From assembly GCA_038106355.1 (NCBI GenBank), contig JAYODQ010000001.1, positions 40,683 through 104,682 of the forward strand: a DNA stretch of 64,000 nucleotides, written 5' to 3'. The translations under genes and the position numbers were made by a program. The first letter of the stretch is position 1; every line of letters starts with the position of its first letter. Of the stretch, positions 50,383 through 59,523 are shown in pieces. This DNA comes from Candidatus Poseidoniales archaeon (GTDB lineage Archaea; Thermoplasmatota; Poseidoniia; Poseidoniales; Poseidoniaceae). The notes beneath the pieces are model-generated. The model had not been told where the DNA came from. It saw only the letters and a program-made list of their open reading frames with translations, and did not search any database.

Positions 50383-51542
50383 GTTTCATCCTCCTTCGAT
50401 TCAAAATTCATTGATACTGAATTGATACAATATCGTTCGCCACCAAAAGCTCTCGGGCCATCATCAAATACATGACCTAGATGTGCATCGCATTTATGGC
50501 AACGCACCTCGATTCTCTTCATGCCATGACTCAAATCTTCAATTCGTACAATTTGTGCTGAATCTAATTCGCTATGAAATGAAGGCCACCCGCACCCTGA
50601 ATCGAATTTTGAAATGCTGTCAAAAAGAGGGTGGTTGCAGCATTTACAAGTGAATATTCCTTGCCGTTTTTCAGACAACAATGTACCTGTAAATGGACGC
50701 TCGGTACCAGATTGCCGTGTGACGTAATATTCAAGATCTGTTAAGGTCGACTTATATTTTTCATCGAGGAATTTTTTTTCCAAACTTAACGCATTTTGAA
50801 GAACTTCTTCCCACGACATTTGATATTCAATGGGGTCTTTTTTTCCTACGGCATGAAATGCAAGGATTCTTTCGACATCAGACCCGGTTTTTCCTGAAGA
50901 ACGGCCCTCTGAATCTGGTTCATAAGAGGTTATGGTGCGTTTGAATACATCATCAAATTCGATGTTTAATATCTCGCAAGATTGAATTGCATCTTGCAAA
51001 ATTGTTGCCTTATCTCCATGTAAATAAGGCAAATCAAAGGAGACTCGTTCGCTATCCCAATTACCAAGGTAGAATGCATGTGAGAGTGCATCATAAAATT
51101 CAGGGCGGCAATCTGGATAAATTGCATGGTCACCAGCATGAACTCCAAGGCCGATTTTTACAGATGAATTCAACTCTTGGGCAATTGAAAGTGCTTTGCC
51201 GTAGACAATGGATGAAAAAATGGCATTGCGATTCGGAACAACTGTGGCTTTCATTTGCGATTCCTCGTAGTGGCCTGTTGGTATACTCTCATGTTCCGAA
51301 ATAAGTGCACTTTTGAATAGTTTCATTGCAGACGATAAATCTGCGATTTCATGGACAATATTATGTCCAGAGTCCTTCAACAATTGGATGAAACTTTTTG
51401 CCCGTTCGATTTCGATTGCATGTTTTTGACCATAATTGAATGAAATTGCAATGACATTGAATTGTTTTGCAAGATAATGGAGTACGAGAGATGTTGAATC
51501 CATGCCTCCTGAAAGGGAGATGACAGCTATTTGTTTGGACAC
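50379..51542 (-). CDS. queC: 7-cyano-7-deazaguanine synthase QueC fused to peptide-methionine (R)-S-oxide reductase MsrB
   Basis: [35 protein letters not shown], then in frame [42 protein letters not shown] start overlaps the queE stop. Confidence 0.92.
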   Translation of the reverse strand: MSKQIAVISLSGGMDSTSLVLHYLAKQFNVIAISFNYGQKHAIEIERAKSFIQLLKDSGHNIVHEIADLSSAMKLFKSALISEHESIPTGHYEESQMKATVVPNRNAIFSSIVYGKALSIAQELNSSVKIGLGVHAGDHAIYPDCRPEFYDALSHAFYLGNWDSERVSFDLPYLHGDKATILQDAIQSCEILNIEFDDVFKRTITSYEPDSEGRSSGKTGSDVERILAFHAVGKKDPIEYQMSWEEVLQNALSLEKKFLDEKYKSTLTDLEYYVTRQSGTERPFTGTLLSEKRQGIFTCKCCNHPLFDSISKFDSGCGWPSFHSELDSAQIVRIEDLSHGMKRIEVRCHKCDAHLGHVFDDGPRAFGGERYCINSVSMNFESKEDET

Positions 51543-52195
51543 TATTTCACCCCCATCCATTTGTGGGTTTGTAGAGACAATCTCCATCCTGGATTGTTTT
51601 TGACAACTTCTTCTGTCATCGAGAAATTAATTCCATTTTGTTCAACCGTATCGGCCTCAATGTAACATGGTTGAAGGTATAGATGCTTAAAACCCGACTT
51701 TAATTCATCGTACATTGTTAACTCTTGGCCAACAAAAACACACTTTAATTCATCACCGGTCCGTTGTCGAATTTTTACATGAGGATACATTTGGTCCTTT
51801 GGAGAGATGGTGATCCAGTCTACGAGGCCTTCGGGGATGGCAATGGTTCCATTACTTTCGATTGATATTGAGTATTGCCTCGTTTTGAGTAATCGGTGAA
51901 GTGGCCATAAATCATTGAGCATCGGTTCGCCCCCGGTAAAAATCACATTCTTGCAATTAAATTTCATGATTTCAGCAAGAATATCAATCGCTTTCCATTT
52001 TGAATATGTTTCAAAATCAGTATCGCACCATTCGCATTGCAAGTTACACTTTCCAAATCGCACAAAGACATGGGGGATGCCAACTCGATGACCTTCTCCC
52101 TGAACCGAATGGAAAATTTCGACGATATTGTATTCTACTGCTAAATCTGATGCTAGATCCTTGATAACATCACCCGACAAACCACAATCGTTCAT
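51542..52195 (-). CDS. queE: 7-carboxy-7-deazaguanine synthase (radical SAM)
   Basis: [48 protein letters not shown]. Confidence 0.94.
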   Translation of the reverse strand: MNDCGLSGDVIKDLASDLAVEYNIVEIFHSVQGEGHRVGIPHVFVRFGKCNLQCEWCDTDFETYSKWKAIDILAEIMKFNCKNVIFTGGEPMLNDLWPLHRLLKTRQYSISIESNGTIAIPEGLVDWITISPKDQMYPHVKIRQRTGDELKCVFVGQELTMYDELKSGFKHLYLQPCYIEADTVEQNGINFSMTEEVVKNNPGWRLSLQTHKWMGVK

Positions 52196-52203
52196 CTTCT
52201 CAC

Positions 52204-52770
52204 CTATGAACGAATCAATTGTAGAAGTTCAGATCTCGCTTCTTGTTTTTCAAAAAAGACCCCTCGCATAGCTGAAGTTGTCATGATTGCCTGTTGTTTT
52301 TTCACACCTCTGCATTGCATACATCCATGTGATGCTTCTAAAATCACGCCGCAACCTAAAGGACCGAGATGTTGCTCCAAATCATCTGCTATGGATTTTG
52401 TAATTCTTTCCTGATTCTGCAACCGTCTCGCATGAAGGTCGACTAGTCGCGCAAGTTTGCTGATGCCGACAATTCTGTCAACTGGAATATAAGCGACGTG
52501 AGCTACTCCATTGAAAGGTTGCAAATGATGTTCACATGTCGATGCAAATTCAATGTTTTTGAGTAACACAATTCCATCGTATTCTTCTCCATTAAAAGTT
52601 GCATCCAAGATGTCGGCAGCAGATTGATTGTAACCCGAAAAAATCTCATCCCAAGATTCAATGACACGTTCAGGTGTTCGTTCTAAACCTTCTCTATTGG
52701 TAGCATCTCGTCCCTCGAGATATTCAAGCAGTGTTCGAATTGCTTGTTCTGCTTCTTTTCTATTTGTCAT
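52204..52770 (-). CDS. folE: GTP cyclohydrolase I (type IA)
   Basis: REGLERTPERV, STCEHHL.PF.G, GISKLAR, RRLQNQER, HGCMQCRG. Start moved to ATG 52770. Confidence 0.95.
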   Translation of the reverse strand: MTNRKEAEQAIRTLLEYLEGRDATNREGLERTPERVIESWDEIFSGYNQSAADILDATFNGEEYDGIVLLKNIEFASTCEHHLQPFNGVAHVAYIPVDRIVGISKLARLVDLHARRLQNQERITKSIADDLEQHLGPLGCGVILEASHGCMQCRGVKKQQAIMTTSAMRGVFFEKQEARSELLQLIRS

Positions 52771-52771
52771 G

Positions 52772-52939
52772 TTAACCACTCCTCCCATGCCGTTCGTCAA
52801 TGAGGTCCAATTGATCGAGCATCTTCCTACAAGCCGTGCGAATAGCATCAGCCAAACTGATGAATTTCTTTTCGTCACCAACATGGATTTTCAAGTCGTC
52901 AACAAGCTCTTGCGGCATATCAAGTGAAATCTTTGGCAT
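52772..52939 (-). CDS. Ribbon-helix-helix (CopG/Arc/MetJ-like) transcriptional regulator, 55 aa; not in ORF track
   Basis: My translation: MPKISLDMPQELVDDLKIHVGDEKKFISLADAIRTACRKMLDQLDLIDERHGRSG*. Alternating beta-strand KISLD, P..L...L helix A, F.S.ADAIR.A helix B. Stop is 1 nt before the folE ATG, and the last codons contain a GGAGG SD. Confidence 0.85.
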   Translation of the reverse strand: MPKISLDMPQELVDDLKIHVGDEKKFISLADAIRTACRKMLDQLDLIDERHGRSG

Positions 52940-52975
52940 ATTATACTGCATACTATAGTATTATTATAATATTAT
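52940..52975 (-). promoter_or_regulatory. Putative TATA box and palindromic operator of the RHH-folE-que operon
   Basis: TTATAA (52964-52969) 24 nt upstream of the RHH ATG; perfect palindromes ATACTATAGTAT (52950-52961), TATTATAATA (52962-52971) and ATAATATTAT (52966-52975). Confidence 0.6.
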
Positions 52976-53048
52976 CATGCGATTATTTATTTCCTTCATC
53001 AACATGATAGCCATAAGGTTGAAAGAACGCCTCGGTTGCAAAGTTGAT

Positions 53049-54545
53049 ATGCAGTCCATGACCGCATCATTGAGCATCCTCGAAAAAATGAGAAAAAATT
53101 CTGGTCAAAAATCAACGCAGGGTTTGACCAACGACGAAATAACCCATTTTTCGAGAGTTGATCCCACATTAGAAATTGCCATTCAGGAGGCAATGGAGTA
53201 CCGAAATACCATTGAAACCGAATACGGTAAAGAATTGTTCATGATGAATGAACTAGAGTTATGTAAACAATTGCAGGAAGGCTTCGTAAATTTTTACTCC
53301 GCACCAACAATTAATCCATATGTAGCACTTTCAGCAAGAGGTCCTTGGATTGTGACTTCGCACGGTGCAGTCATTCATGACAATGGGGGGTATGGTATGT
53401 TGGGATTTGGGCATGGACCTGAACATGTCATTCAAGCGATGTCAAAGAATTGGGTCATGGCCAATGTCATGACGCCGTCATTTTCTCAATTCAAATTCAA
53501 TGAACGAATGCGCATGGAATTGGGCCATTCAAGAGGGGAGTGTCCGTTCGATCGGTTCATCTGTATGAATAGTGGTTCTGAATCTGTTACCGTCGCCTGC
53601 AGGATTGCTGATGTAAATGCAAAATTATTGACTGACCCGGGCGGAAGGCATGAAGGCAAAGAAATCGTCATGATGGCCGTGGTTCAAGGCTTCCATGGTC
53701 GAACCGATCGACCTGCACAAATGTCGCATTCGTGTTTATCCAAATACGTTCAAAATTTGGCATCGTTCCGTCATCGCAAAAATCTTATTCTTGTTCCAGC
53801 AAATGATGTTGATGCACTTCAACACGCGTTTCAATCTGCTGAAGAAAACAACCAATTCATAGAGTTATTTGCAATTGAACCAGTTCAGGGTGAAGGCAAT
53901 CCCGGACAAGCTCTTGACCGTGCTTTTTACGATGAAGCCCGCAGATTATCAACAGAACATGGTTCAATTTTACTCATTGATTCAATTCAAGCTGGATTAC
54001 GAGGCCATGGATGTTTGTCACTTGTGGATTATCCAGGTTTTGAAACGTGTGAGGTACCAGATTGTGAGACCTGGTCAAAAGCATTGAATGCAGGGCAGTA
54101 CCCTTTGTCCGTTCTTGGATTATCCACCCGAGCAGCTGATTTGTATGCAGCGGGAATTTACGGAAACACAATGACAACAAATCCACGAGCACTAGAGGTG
54201 GCAATATCGGTGCTCGATAGCCTACGGGATGGCTTACGAGACAACATTAGGAATCGAGGCATCGAATTTGTTGAAAAATTGAGCACCTTCGTTGATGAAT
54301 TTCCAGAAATTTGTTTGAAAGTTCAAGGAACAGGTTTGTTATGTTCAATTGAATTAAATCAAGAAACACACCCAGTGATAGGATTTCATGGCGTTGAAAC
54401 ATGGTGCAGAATGCGTGGGTTAGGAGTTATTCACGGAGGCATAAATGCACTTCGATTTACTTCTCACCTTGAAATCACATCCGAAGAAATCGACCTCATC
54501 ATGACCATTCTTAGAGAATGTTTCATGAGTTATTCGCTTAACTGA
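53049..54545 (+). CDS. lat: Class III PLP aminotransferase, probable L-lysine 6-aminotransferase
   Basis: NSGSES, FHGRT, EPVQGEG, DSIQAG, WSKAL. The N-terminal QEGFVNFY...PYVALSARGPW...DNGGYGMLGFGH resembles, from memory, the Flavobacterium lutescens-type LAT. Confidence 0.75.
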   Translation: MQSMTASLSILEKMRKNSGQKSTQGLTNDEITHFSRVDPTLEIAIQEAMEYRNTIETEYGKELFMMNELELCKQLQEGFVNFYSAPTINPYVALSARGPWIVTSHGAVIHDNGGYGMLGFGHGPEHVIQAMSKNWVMANVMTPSFSQFKFNERMRMELGHSRGECPFDRFICMNSGSESVTVACRIADVNAKLLTDPGGRHEGKEIVMMAVVQGFHGRTDRPAQMSHSCLSKYVQNLASFRHRKNLILVPANDVDALQHAFQSAEENNQFIELFAIEPVQGEGNPGQALDRAFYDEARRLSTEHGSILLIDSIQAGLRGHGCLSLVDYPGFETCEVPDCETWSKALNAGQYPLSVLGLSTRAADLYAAGIYGNTMTTNPRALEVAISVLDSLRDGLRDNIRNRGIEFVEKLSTFVDEFPEICLKVQGTGLLCSIELNQETHPVIGFHGVETWCRMRGLGVIHGGINALRFTSHLEITSEEIDLIMTILRECFMSYSLN

Positions 54546-55761
54546 TGCTCGTGACGAGGTCTTCACGTTTGAATTGCCGAGATGCATACATTGCAGCTGC
54601 TGCTGCATAGAGTAACGATGTTGAAATCCAAATAACGATGTGGTCGAAAACAACCCTGTCCATAAGTAATTCACGTAATGCAAGCATGACATTGACCACT
54701 GGAATTGCAAACCAAAACGACTCAATGTTATCCAAATTGATGACTTGACTGAACAATGCTGGAAACAAGATGAACAAAACAGCCGGTCCGAGTATCGAAC
54801 CAGCTTCTTTTACACTATGCGACCTTATGGCGATTGCGAGTTCAATTGCAACCACCATGACTGCAAACAAGAGCACTGCACAGAAAAGTAAGATGAGACT
54901 TAATGCGGACAGAGATGGCAGGCTAAACATATTTGTTGAAGCCAAATATGTTATGGCAAAGAGCAATCCAGCGATTTGCAAGGCAACGCCTATGGCAGTA
55001 ATCGTTCCAACAGCGAGCCACTTTCCTAAAAGCAATTCTCTACGTGTACAGGGCAACCCAAGTAGTGCCTCAAGTGTGCCTCGCTCTTTTTCAGCAACGG
55101 TCATATCAATTGATGGTTGGATGGCTGAAGTGAACGTCCATACCGACAACACCAATGGAATGAACAATGAAAGAATCATTCCCGATTGCTCTCCTTTCGT
55201 CGCAACATCATTTGCGACATATTGACCCTCAGAGCGAATTGGGTCTAATGTATCATCAACATCAAGTCCAGCACCTTCAATCCGTGTTTCAACTTCAACT
55301 TGCTCCCACTGATCCAGAATCTGTAGTATACGTGATCTCGACTCCAGGCTCATTTCTGACGTTGATAGATAAAGGAGATTGTAGGTATAGGTTTCATTTT
55401 CTTTACTAATTTTGAGTATAGCATCTATGCTGAGACTCCGAAGAGACTCAAGGTCTACATCAGAAATAAAGGATAGATTTTCATCTTGCGGTGAAGAAAT
55501 CGAAATATTGAAATTCGAATTTTCAAAGTACACATTAAATTCAGTGGGATCAAGATTTGTTTGAATTTCAATCGACAACTCCATCAGTTCTCGTTCTTCA
55601 GCTTCTGACTCGAGTAAGACGGGAAATAAGATGAACAGCACAGGGAAAAGGAGCAATGGTATCACCAAAATAGCGAGAATCGTTCTCCAGTCTCGTGCAA
55701 ATTCAACCAATTCTTTTTTGGCGATTGTTCGAACACGGTGACCCGATTTATTCACTTTCAT
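54538..55761 (-). CDS. ABC-2 type exporter permease (NatB-like)
   Basis: IAKKEL...RD.RT, AEKERGTLEALL..P....LLLGK, multiple TM segments. Confidence 0.9.
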   Translation of the reverse strand: MKVNKSGHRVRTIAKKELVEFARDWRTILAILVIPLLLFPVLFILFPVLLESEAEERELMELSIEIQTNLDPTEFNVYFENSNFNISISSPQDENLSFISDVDLESLRSLSIDAILKISKENETYTYNLLYLSTSEMSLESRSRILQILDQWEQVEVETRIEGAGLDVDDTLDPIRSEGQYVANDVATKGEQSGMILSLFIPLVLSVWTFTSAIQPSIDMTVAEKERGTLEALLGLPCTRRELLLGKWLAVGTITAIGVALQIAGLLFAITYLASTNMFSLPSLSALSLILLFCAVLLFAVMVVAIELAIAIRSHSVKEAGSILGPAVLFILFPALFSQVINLDNIESFWFAIPVVNVMLALRELLMDRVVFDHIVIWISTSLLYAAAAAMYASRQFKREDLVTSIS

Positions 55762-56590
55762 CACCACCGGTTTCATAGTGCGGTAGTTTTCCAGTGAAAA
55801 GTTGCCTCCACATGGATGAAATTTTTGTTGATTTTTCTTCATTCTCAAATCTTTGCCGTGCATCATCCTTTGTCAATTCTACATAGGCTTCCTCAAGTGT
55901 GGATTGTTGAGTTGCTTCCAAAATCTCTTTAACGGTCCCGTTCGCTCGAATGTCTCCATTATGGATGATCACAATTCGTGTGCAAATTTGCTCTGCCTCA
56001 GCTAACTGGTGGGTTGAATATACAACTGTCCCGCCCTCGTCTTTCAATTTTTGAATCAATTTTTTGAGTGTTCTTGCACTTGTAATGTCCAAACCAGCAG
56101 TCGGTTCATCGAGTAAAAGCAAATGAGGTGAATGTGCTAGAGCCCTTAGTAAAGCGGTCTTTTGTCTCATTCCACGAGAGAATCCTTTGGTGTGTCGTGC
56201 GAGAGCATCAGTCATACCGAGTGGTAGTGCAAGTTGTGATGTCCTCCTCCATGCAAATTCATCTGAAACTCCATACAATCGACTATGGTATCGAATGTTT
56301 TCCCAAGCTGTAAGCCGTGAATAGAGACCAGTCGATTCGGGGACTACACCAATTCTTTGCCTGGCTTTTTCTATGGATTCACCATTCTCAAATCGAATTT
56401 CACCCTCTGATGGAACATACACTCCAGAGAGCAGACGAAGCAATGTCGTTTTTCCAGCGCCATTCGAACCAACGAGGCCAATAATTTCTCCTTTTTGGAT
56501 ATCCAAATCCACCGAATTCAATACCCGTAATTCACCGAAGTTTTTCGATACGTTACGGGCGGTGAGTAACATTTCCACCATTGAGTTCAA
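55748..56590 (-). CDS. ABC transporter ATP-binding protein (NatA-like)
   Basis: GSNGAGKT, FSRGMRQK, LLLDEPT, STH. Confidence 0.95.
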   Translation of the reverse strand: MNSMVEMLLTARNVSKNFGELRVLNSVDLDIQKGEIIGLVGSNGAGKTTLLRLLSGVYVPSEGEIRFENGESIEKARQRIGVVPESTGLYSRLTAWENIRYHSRLYGVSDEFAWRRTSQLALPLGMTDALARHTKGFSRGMRQKTALLRALAHSPHLLLLDEPTAGLDITSARTLKKLIQKLKDEGGTVVYSTHQLAEAEQICTRIVIIHNGDIRANGTVKEILEATQQSTLEEAYVELTKDDARQRFENEEKSTKISSMWRQLFTGKLPHYETGGDESE

Positions 56591-56931
56591 CTCGCCCTTC
56601 CTTGCTCGATTGCAAGGTTTAGGCCTGGATGCTTACTTTCTAATTTCATTGCCCGCTCCAATTGGGATTGAAGGTTTTGATGAATTTCAGTTTGATGTAC
56701 TCCGACTTCAACCAAATTTGCAATCATTTCGATTGCACCTTGTATTGCTCCTGCATCGAGAAATGCTTCGTTTGAAATAATTCGCTTTATTCTCAACTCA
56801 TCAAGTCGTTGAGCAATAAAATCTGCTTCTTGTTTCAATCTTGGCCCATCAATGTGAGGTAACGCAAGCAAATGGTCGATGCATGTTCTCATGTGAACAC
56901 TCAAACGATGTTCCAATATATTAGTTGGCAT
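56587..56931 (-). CDS. Hypothetical helical protein
   Basis: 114-aa ORF tightly packed between mce and the ABC ATPase. Confidence 0.65.
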   Translation of the reverse strand: MPTNILEHRLSVHMRTCIDHLLALPHIDGPRLKQEADFIAQRLDELRIKRIISNEAFLDAGAIQGAIEMIANLVEVGVHQTEIHQNLQSQLERAMKLESKHPGLNLAIEQGRAS

Positions 56932-56937
56932 GAATTT

Positions 56938-57372
56938 TCATGGTGCATGTTCAGATAATTCTACCAACACACCACCAGTTGAAGAGGGATGGACGAATGC
57001 AATTTTGCATCCTCCTGCACCATTTTTTGGTGTTTCATCAATCATTCGAATTCCGTTGGCCATGAGATATTCAATCATTGTTCGAATGTTATCGACACGA
57101 AAACAAATTTGCTGAACTCCAGGACCTCTTTTTTGAAGGAATCGACCAATTGGTGAATCCGGGGATTGAGGTTCCAAAAGTTCAATTCTTGGTGCGATGG
57201 GGTTACCAGAGTTATCATCGGTTGAAAAAAATCGAATATTGACGCCTTGTTCATCGTTGGCTTCATCATGCTCATTTTGGTTCAAACCAATGAGTTTCCA
57301 AAAATGAGTGCCTTCAAGAAGGGAGTTCGTTGCAATTCCTATGTGGTCTAGATAAATACTACCAATTTTCAT
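56938..57372 (-). CDS. mce: Methylmalonyl-CoA epimerase (VOC family)
   Basis: DHIGIA, IELLEP...SPI.RFL.KRGPG, IAFVHP..TGGVLVEL; adjacent to the mutase. Confidence 0.93.
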   Translation of the reverse strand: MKIGSIYLDHIGIATNSLLEGTHFWKLIGLNQNEHDEANDEQGVNIRFFSTDDNSGNPIAPRIELLEPQSPDSPIGRFLQKRGPGVQQICFRVDNIRTMIEYLMANGIRMIDETPKNGAGGCKIAFVHPSSTGGVLVELSEHAP

Positions 57373-57380
57373 TCGATCAC

Positions 57381-59009
57381 CTAAAATCCAGAAGGAGACA
57401 TATATTCACCAAATACTCTTTTCATTGAGTCCATAATTTCACCGAGGGTTGCTCGTATACGAACAGCTTCGATGACAAGCGGAAATAAATTCTCACCCGA
57501 ACGCGCAGCGTTTTCTATTTCATTCAAAATCAAATCTACCTTTTCTTGATTTCGATTTGTTCGTAACATGTTTAATTTTTTAGCTTGTTCATCTTGAAGA
57601 TTTGCATTGATTTTCGTGGTGGGAATGTTGTTGTCTTCGTCCATTTCTCCATAGTTTACGCCCACTATTCTCCGAACATTTTGTTCAATTTCTCGCAGAT
57701 ATTTGTAAGCAGATAAATGAATCTCTTTCTGTTGCCAGCCGGCTTCAATTGCACTTAATGCTCCACCCATTTGTAAAATTTCATCGATGACTTTTTTTGA
57801 ATGAATGTACATTTGTTGTGTCAAATATTCGACATGATAGGACCCCCCGAGTGGGTCGACGATATCAGCGATTCCTGATTCCTCTGCAATAATTTGTTGT
57901 GTTCGCAAGGCCACGGTTGCAGAAGCTTCGGTAGGAAGTCCTAGTGCTTCATCATACGAATTTGTATGCAGTGATTGTGTTCCACCAAGAACCGATGCGA
58001 GTGCTTGAATGGTGACCCGAGAAATGTTGTTCAGTGGTTGCTGTGCTGTAAGACTTACTCCGGCTACTTGTGTATGAAAGCGAAGCATCGAAGACCGTGG
58101 ATTTTGTGGCGAATAGCGTTCTTGTACGATATCATGCCAAAGAGTTCGTGCTGCCCTAAATTTTGAAATTTCTTCAAAAAAATCATTGTGGCAATTAAAG
58201 AAAAAAGAAACCCTTGGTGCAACATCGTCAATGTCCAAACCTACGCTGATGGCGGCGTCCAGATATTCGATGGCATTTGCTAATGTGAATGCTAATTCTT
58301 GGATCGCTGTTGAACCTGCTTCTCGTATATGGTATCCAGATATTGATATGGTATTCCAAAGCGGAACGTCCTTGTTGCAAAATTGAAACACATCTGTGAT
58401 CAATCTCATGCTGGGTTTGGGCGGAAAGACGTGTGTTCCGCGGGCAATGTATTCTTTGAGAATGTCATTTTGAATGGTCCCTTGCAGGCGATTCGATTGG
58501 ACACCTTGTTCTTCTGCAGCAACAATGTACATTGCCAATACAATCATTGCAGGAGAATTAATGGTCATTGAAGTGCTCACTTTATCCATTGGTATTCCAT
58601 CAAAGAGTTCCTTCATATCTTCGACTGAAGAGATGGAAACGCCAACTTTCCCAACTTCACCATAAGCAAGTTCATGGTCAGCATCAATTCCAAGTTGGGT
58701 GGGTAAATCAAATGCTACAGACAACCCCTTTTGTCCTTGCTCTAAAAGAAATTTGAATCTTAAATTCGTTTCAGATGCACTCGAAAATCCAGCGTATTGT
58801 CTCATTGTCCAAAGACGGCTTCGATACATTTGTTCATGGATGCCCCTCGTGTAAGGAGGATGACCAGCAATTTCTTCGTATTGACTACCATTTTGTGAAT
58901 TTACATCACTTGAAGTTACAATATGGTGTGGTAAATGTACCCCACTAAGTGTTTTCCACTCTTCCTTTCTCATCGGCTTCATTTGAGGGAGGGTGTGGTT
59001 GTTCATCAA
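57381..59009 (-). CDS. Methylmalonyl-CoA mutase, substrate-binding (N-terminal) subunit
   Basis: PYTRG, WTMRQYAGF, GLSVAFDLPTQ, GTIQNDILKEYIARG, SLHTNSYDEA; no B12-binding domain in this ORF. Confidence 0.94.
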   Translation of the reverse strand: MMNNHTLPQMKPMRKEEWKTLSGVHLPHHIVTSSDVNSQNGSQYEEIAGHPPYTRGIHEQMYRSRLWTMRQYAGFSSASETNLRFKFLLEQGQKGLSVAFDLPTQLGIDADHELAYGEVGKVGVSISSVEDMKELFDGIPMDKVSTSMTINSPAMIVLAMYIVAAEEQGVQSNRLQGTIQNDILKEYIARGTHVFPPKPSMRLITDVFQFCNKDVPLWNTISISGYHIREAGSTAIQELAFTLANAIEYLDAAISVGLDIDDVAPRVSFFFNCHNDFFEEISKFRAARTLWHDIVQERYSPQNPRSSMLRFHTQVAGVSLTAQQPLNNISRVTIQALASVLGGTQSLHTNSYDEALGLPTEASATVALRTQQIIAEESGIADIVDPLGGSYHVEYLTQQMYIHSKKVIDEILQMGGALSAIEAGWQQKEIHLSAYKYLREIEQNVRRIVGVNYGEMDEDNNIPTTKINANLQDEQAKKLNMLRTNRNQEKVDLILNEIENAARSGENLFPLVIEAVRIRATLGEIMDSMKRVFGEYMSPSGF

Positions 59010-59023
59010 AGTACGGTAACAAA

Positions 59024-59521
59024 TCAGTGATGATGGTGCCCACCGGGGCCATGTGCATGGCCGTGTGCTTTTTCTTCATCGGTTGCAGCACGTAACTCAA
59101 CGACTTCAACCGAAAAATGTAGTGATTTTCCTGCAAGCTCGTGATTAAAATCTGCTGTTACCATGTCTTCTCCGATTTCGGTGATCGTGAAAGGTGCAGG
59201 TCCTTGAGGCATTTGAGCTACAAGTTGAATTCCTACTTCCAACAAACCTTCTTTTTCCAATTCCTCAAAATTTGACTTTTCAATTTGCAAAAGTGCATTA
59301 TCATCGCGCTCTCCGTAAGCTCTTGATGGTTCTAACGTAAATTCACGTCGCTCCCCTATTTCTGCCCCTAGCATTTCTTCTTCAAACCCAGGTATCATTT
59401 GACCGTGCCCCACCAAAAAGGTGAGGGGGTCCCTTCCTTCGCTTGAATCAAAGACTTCGCCTGATTCGGGGTGGGTTCCTGTGTAATGTACTGATGCTAC
59501 TGTATCTTGTTCTAACTTCAT
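59024..59521 (-). CDS. slyD: FKBP-type peptidyl-prolyl isomerase SlyD
   Basis: FDSS, GHGQMIPGFE, AYG, DFNHELAG; His-rich tail HGHAHGPGGHHHH. Confidence 0.93.
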   Translation of the reverse strand: MKLEQDTVASVHYTGTHPESGEVFDSSEGRDPLTFLVGHGQMIPGFEEEMLGAEIGERREFTLEPSRAYGERDDNALLQIEKSNFEELEKEGLLEVGIQLVAQMPQGPAPFTITEIGEDMVTADFNHELAGKSLHFSVEVVELRAATDEEKAHGHAHGPGGHHHH

Positions 59522-59523
59522 TT

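Noticed and set aside
50420..50440. Possible selenocysteine in MsrB
   Set aside because: The catalytic residue is an ordinary Cys codon (RYCINS); no in-frame TGA.
49930..52939. que cluster as a Dpd DNA-modification or phage island
   Set aside because: No dpdA/tgt-like, restriction or phage genes are adjacent and the flanks are housekeeping genes; tRNA archaeosine supply is more parsimonious, though not proven.
52771..52975. Possible preQ1 riboswitch upstream of folE, and the long folE N-terminal extension in the ORF track
   Set aside because: The region is occupied by the RHH coding sequence; no preQ1-type stem-loop with A-rich tail was seen.
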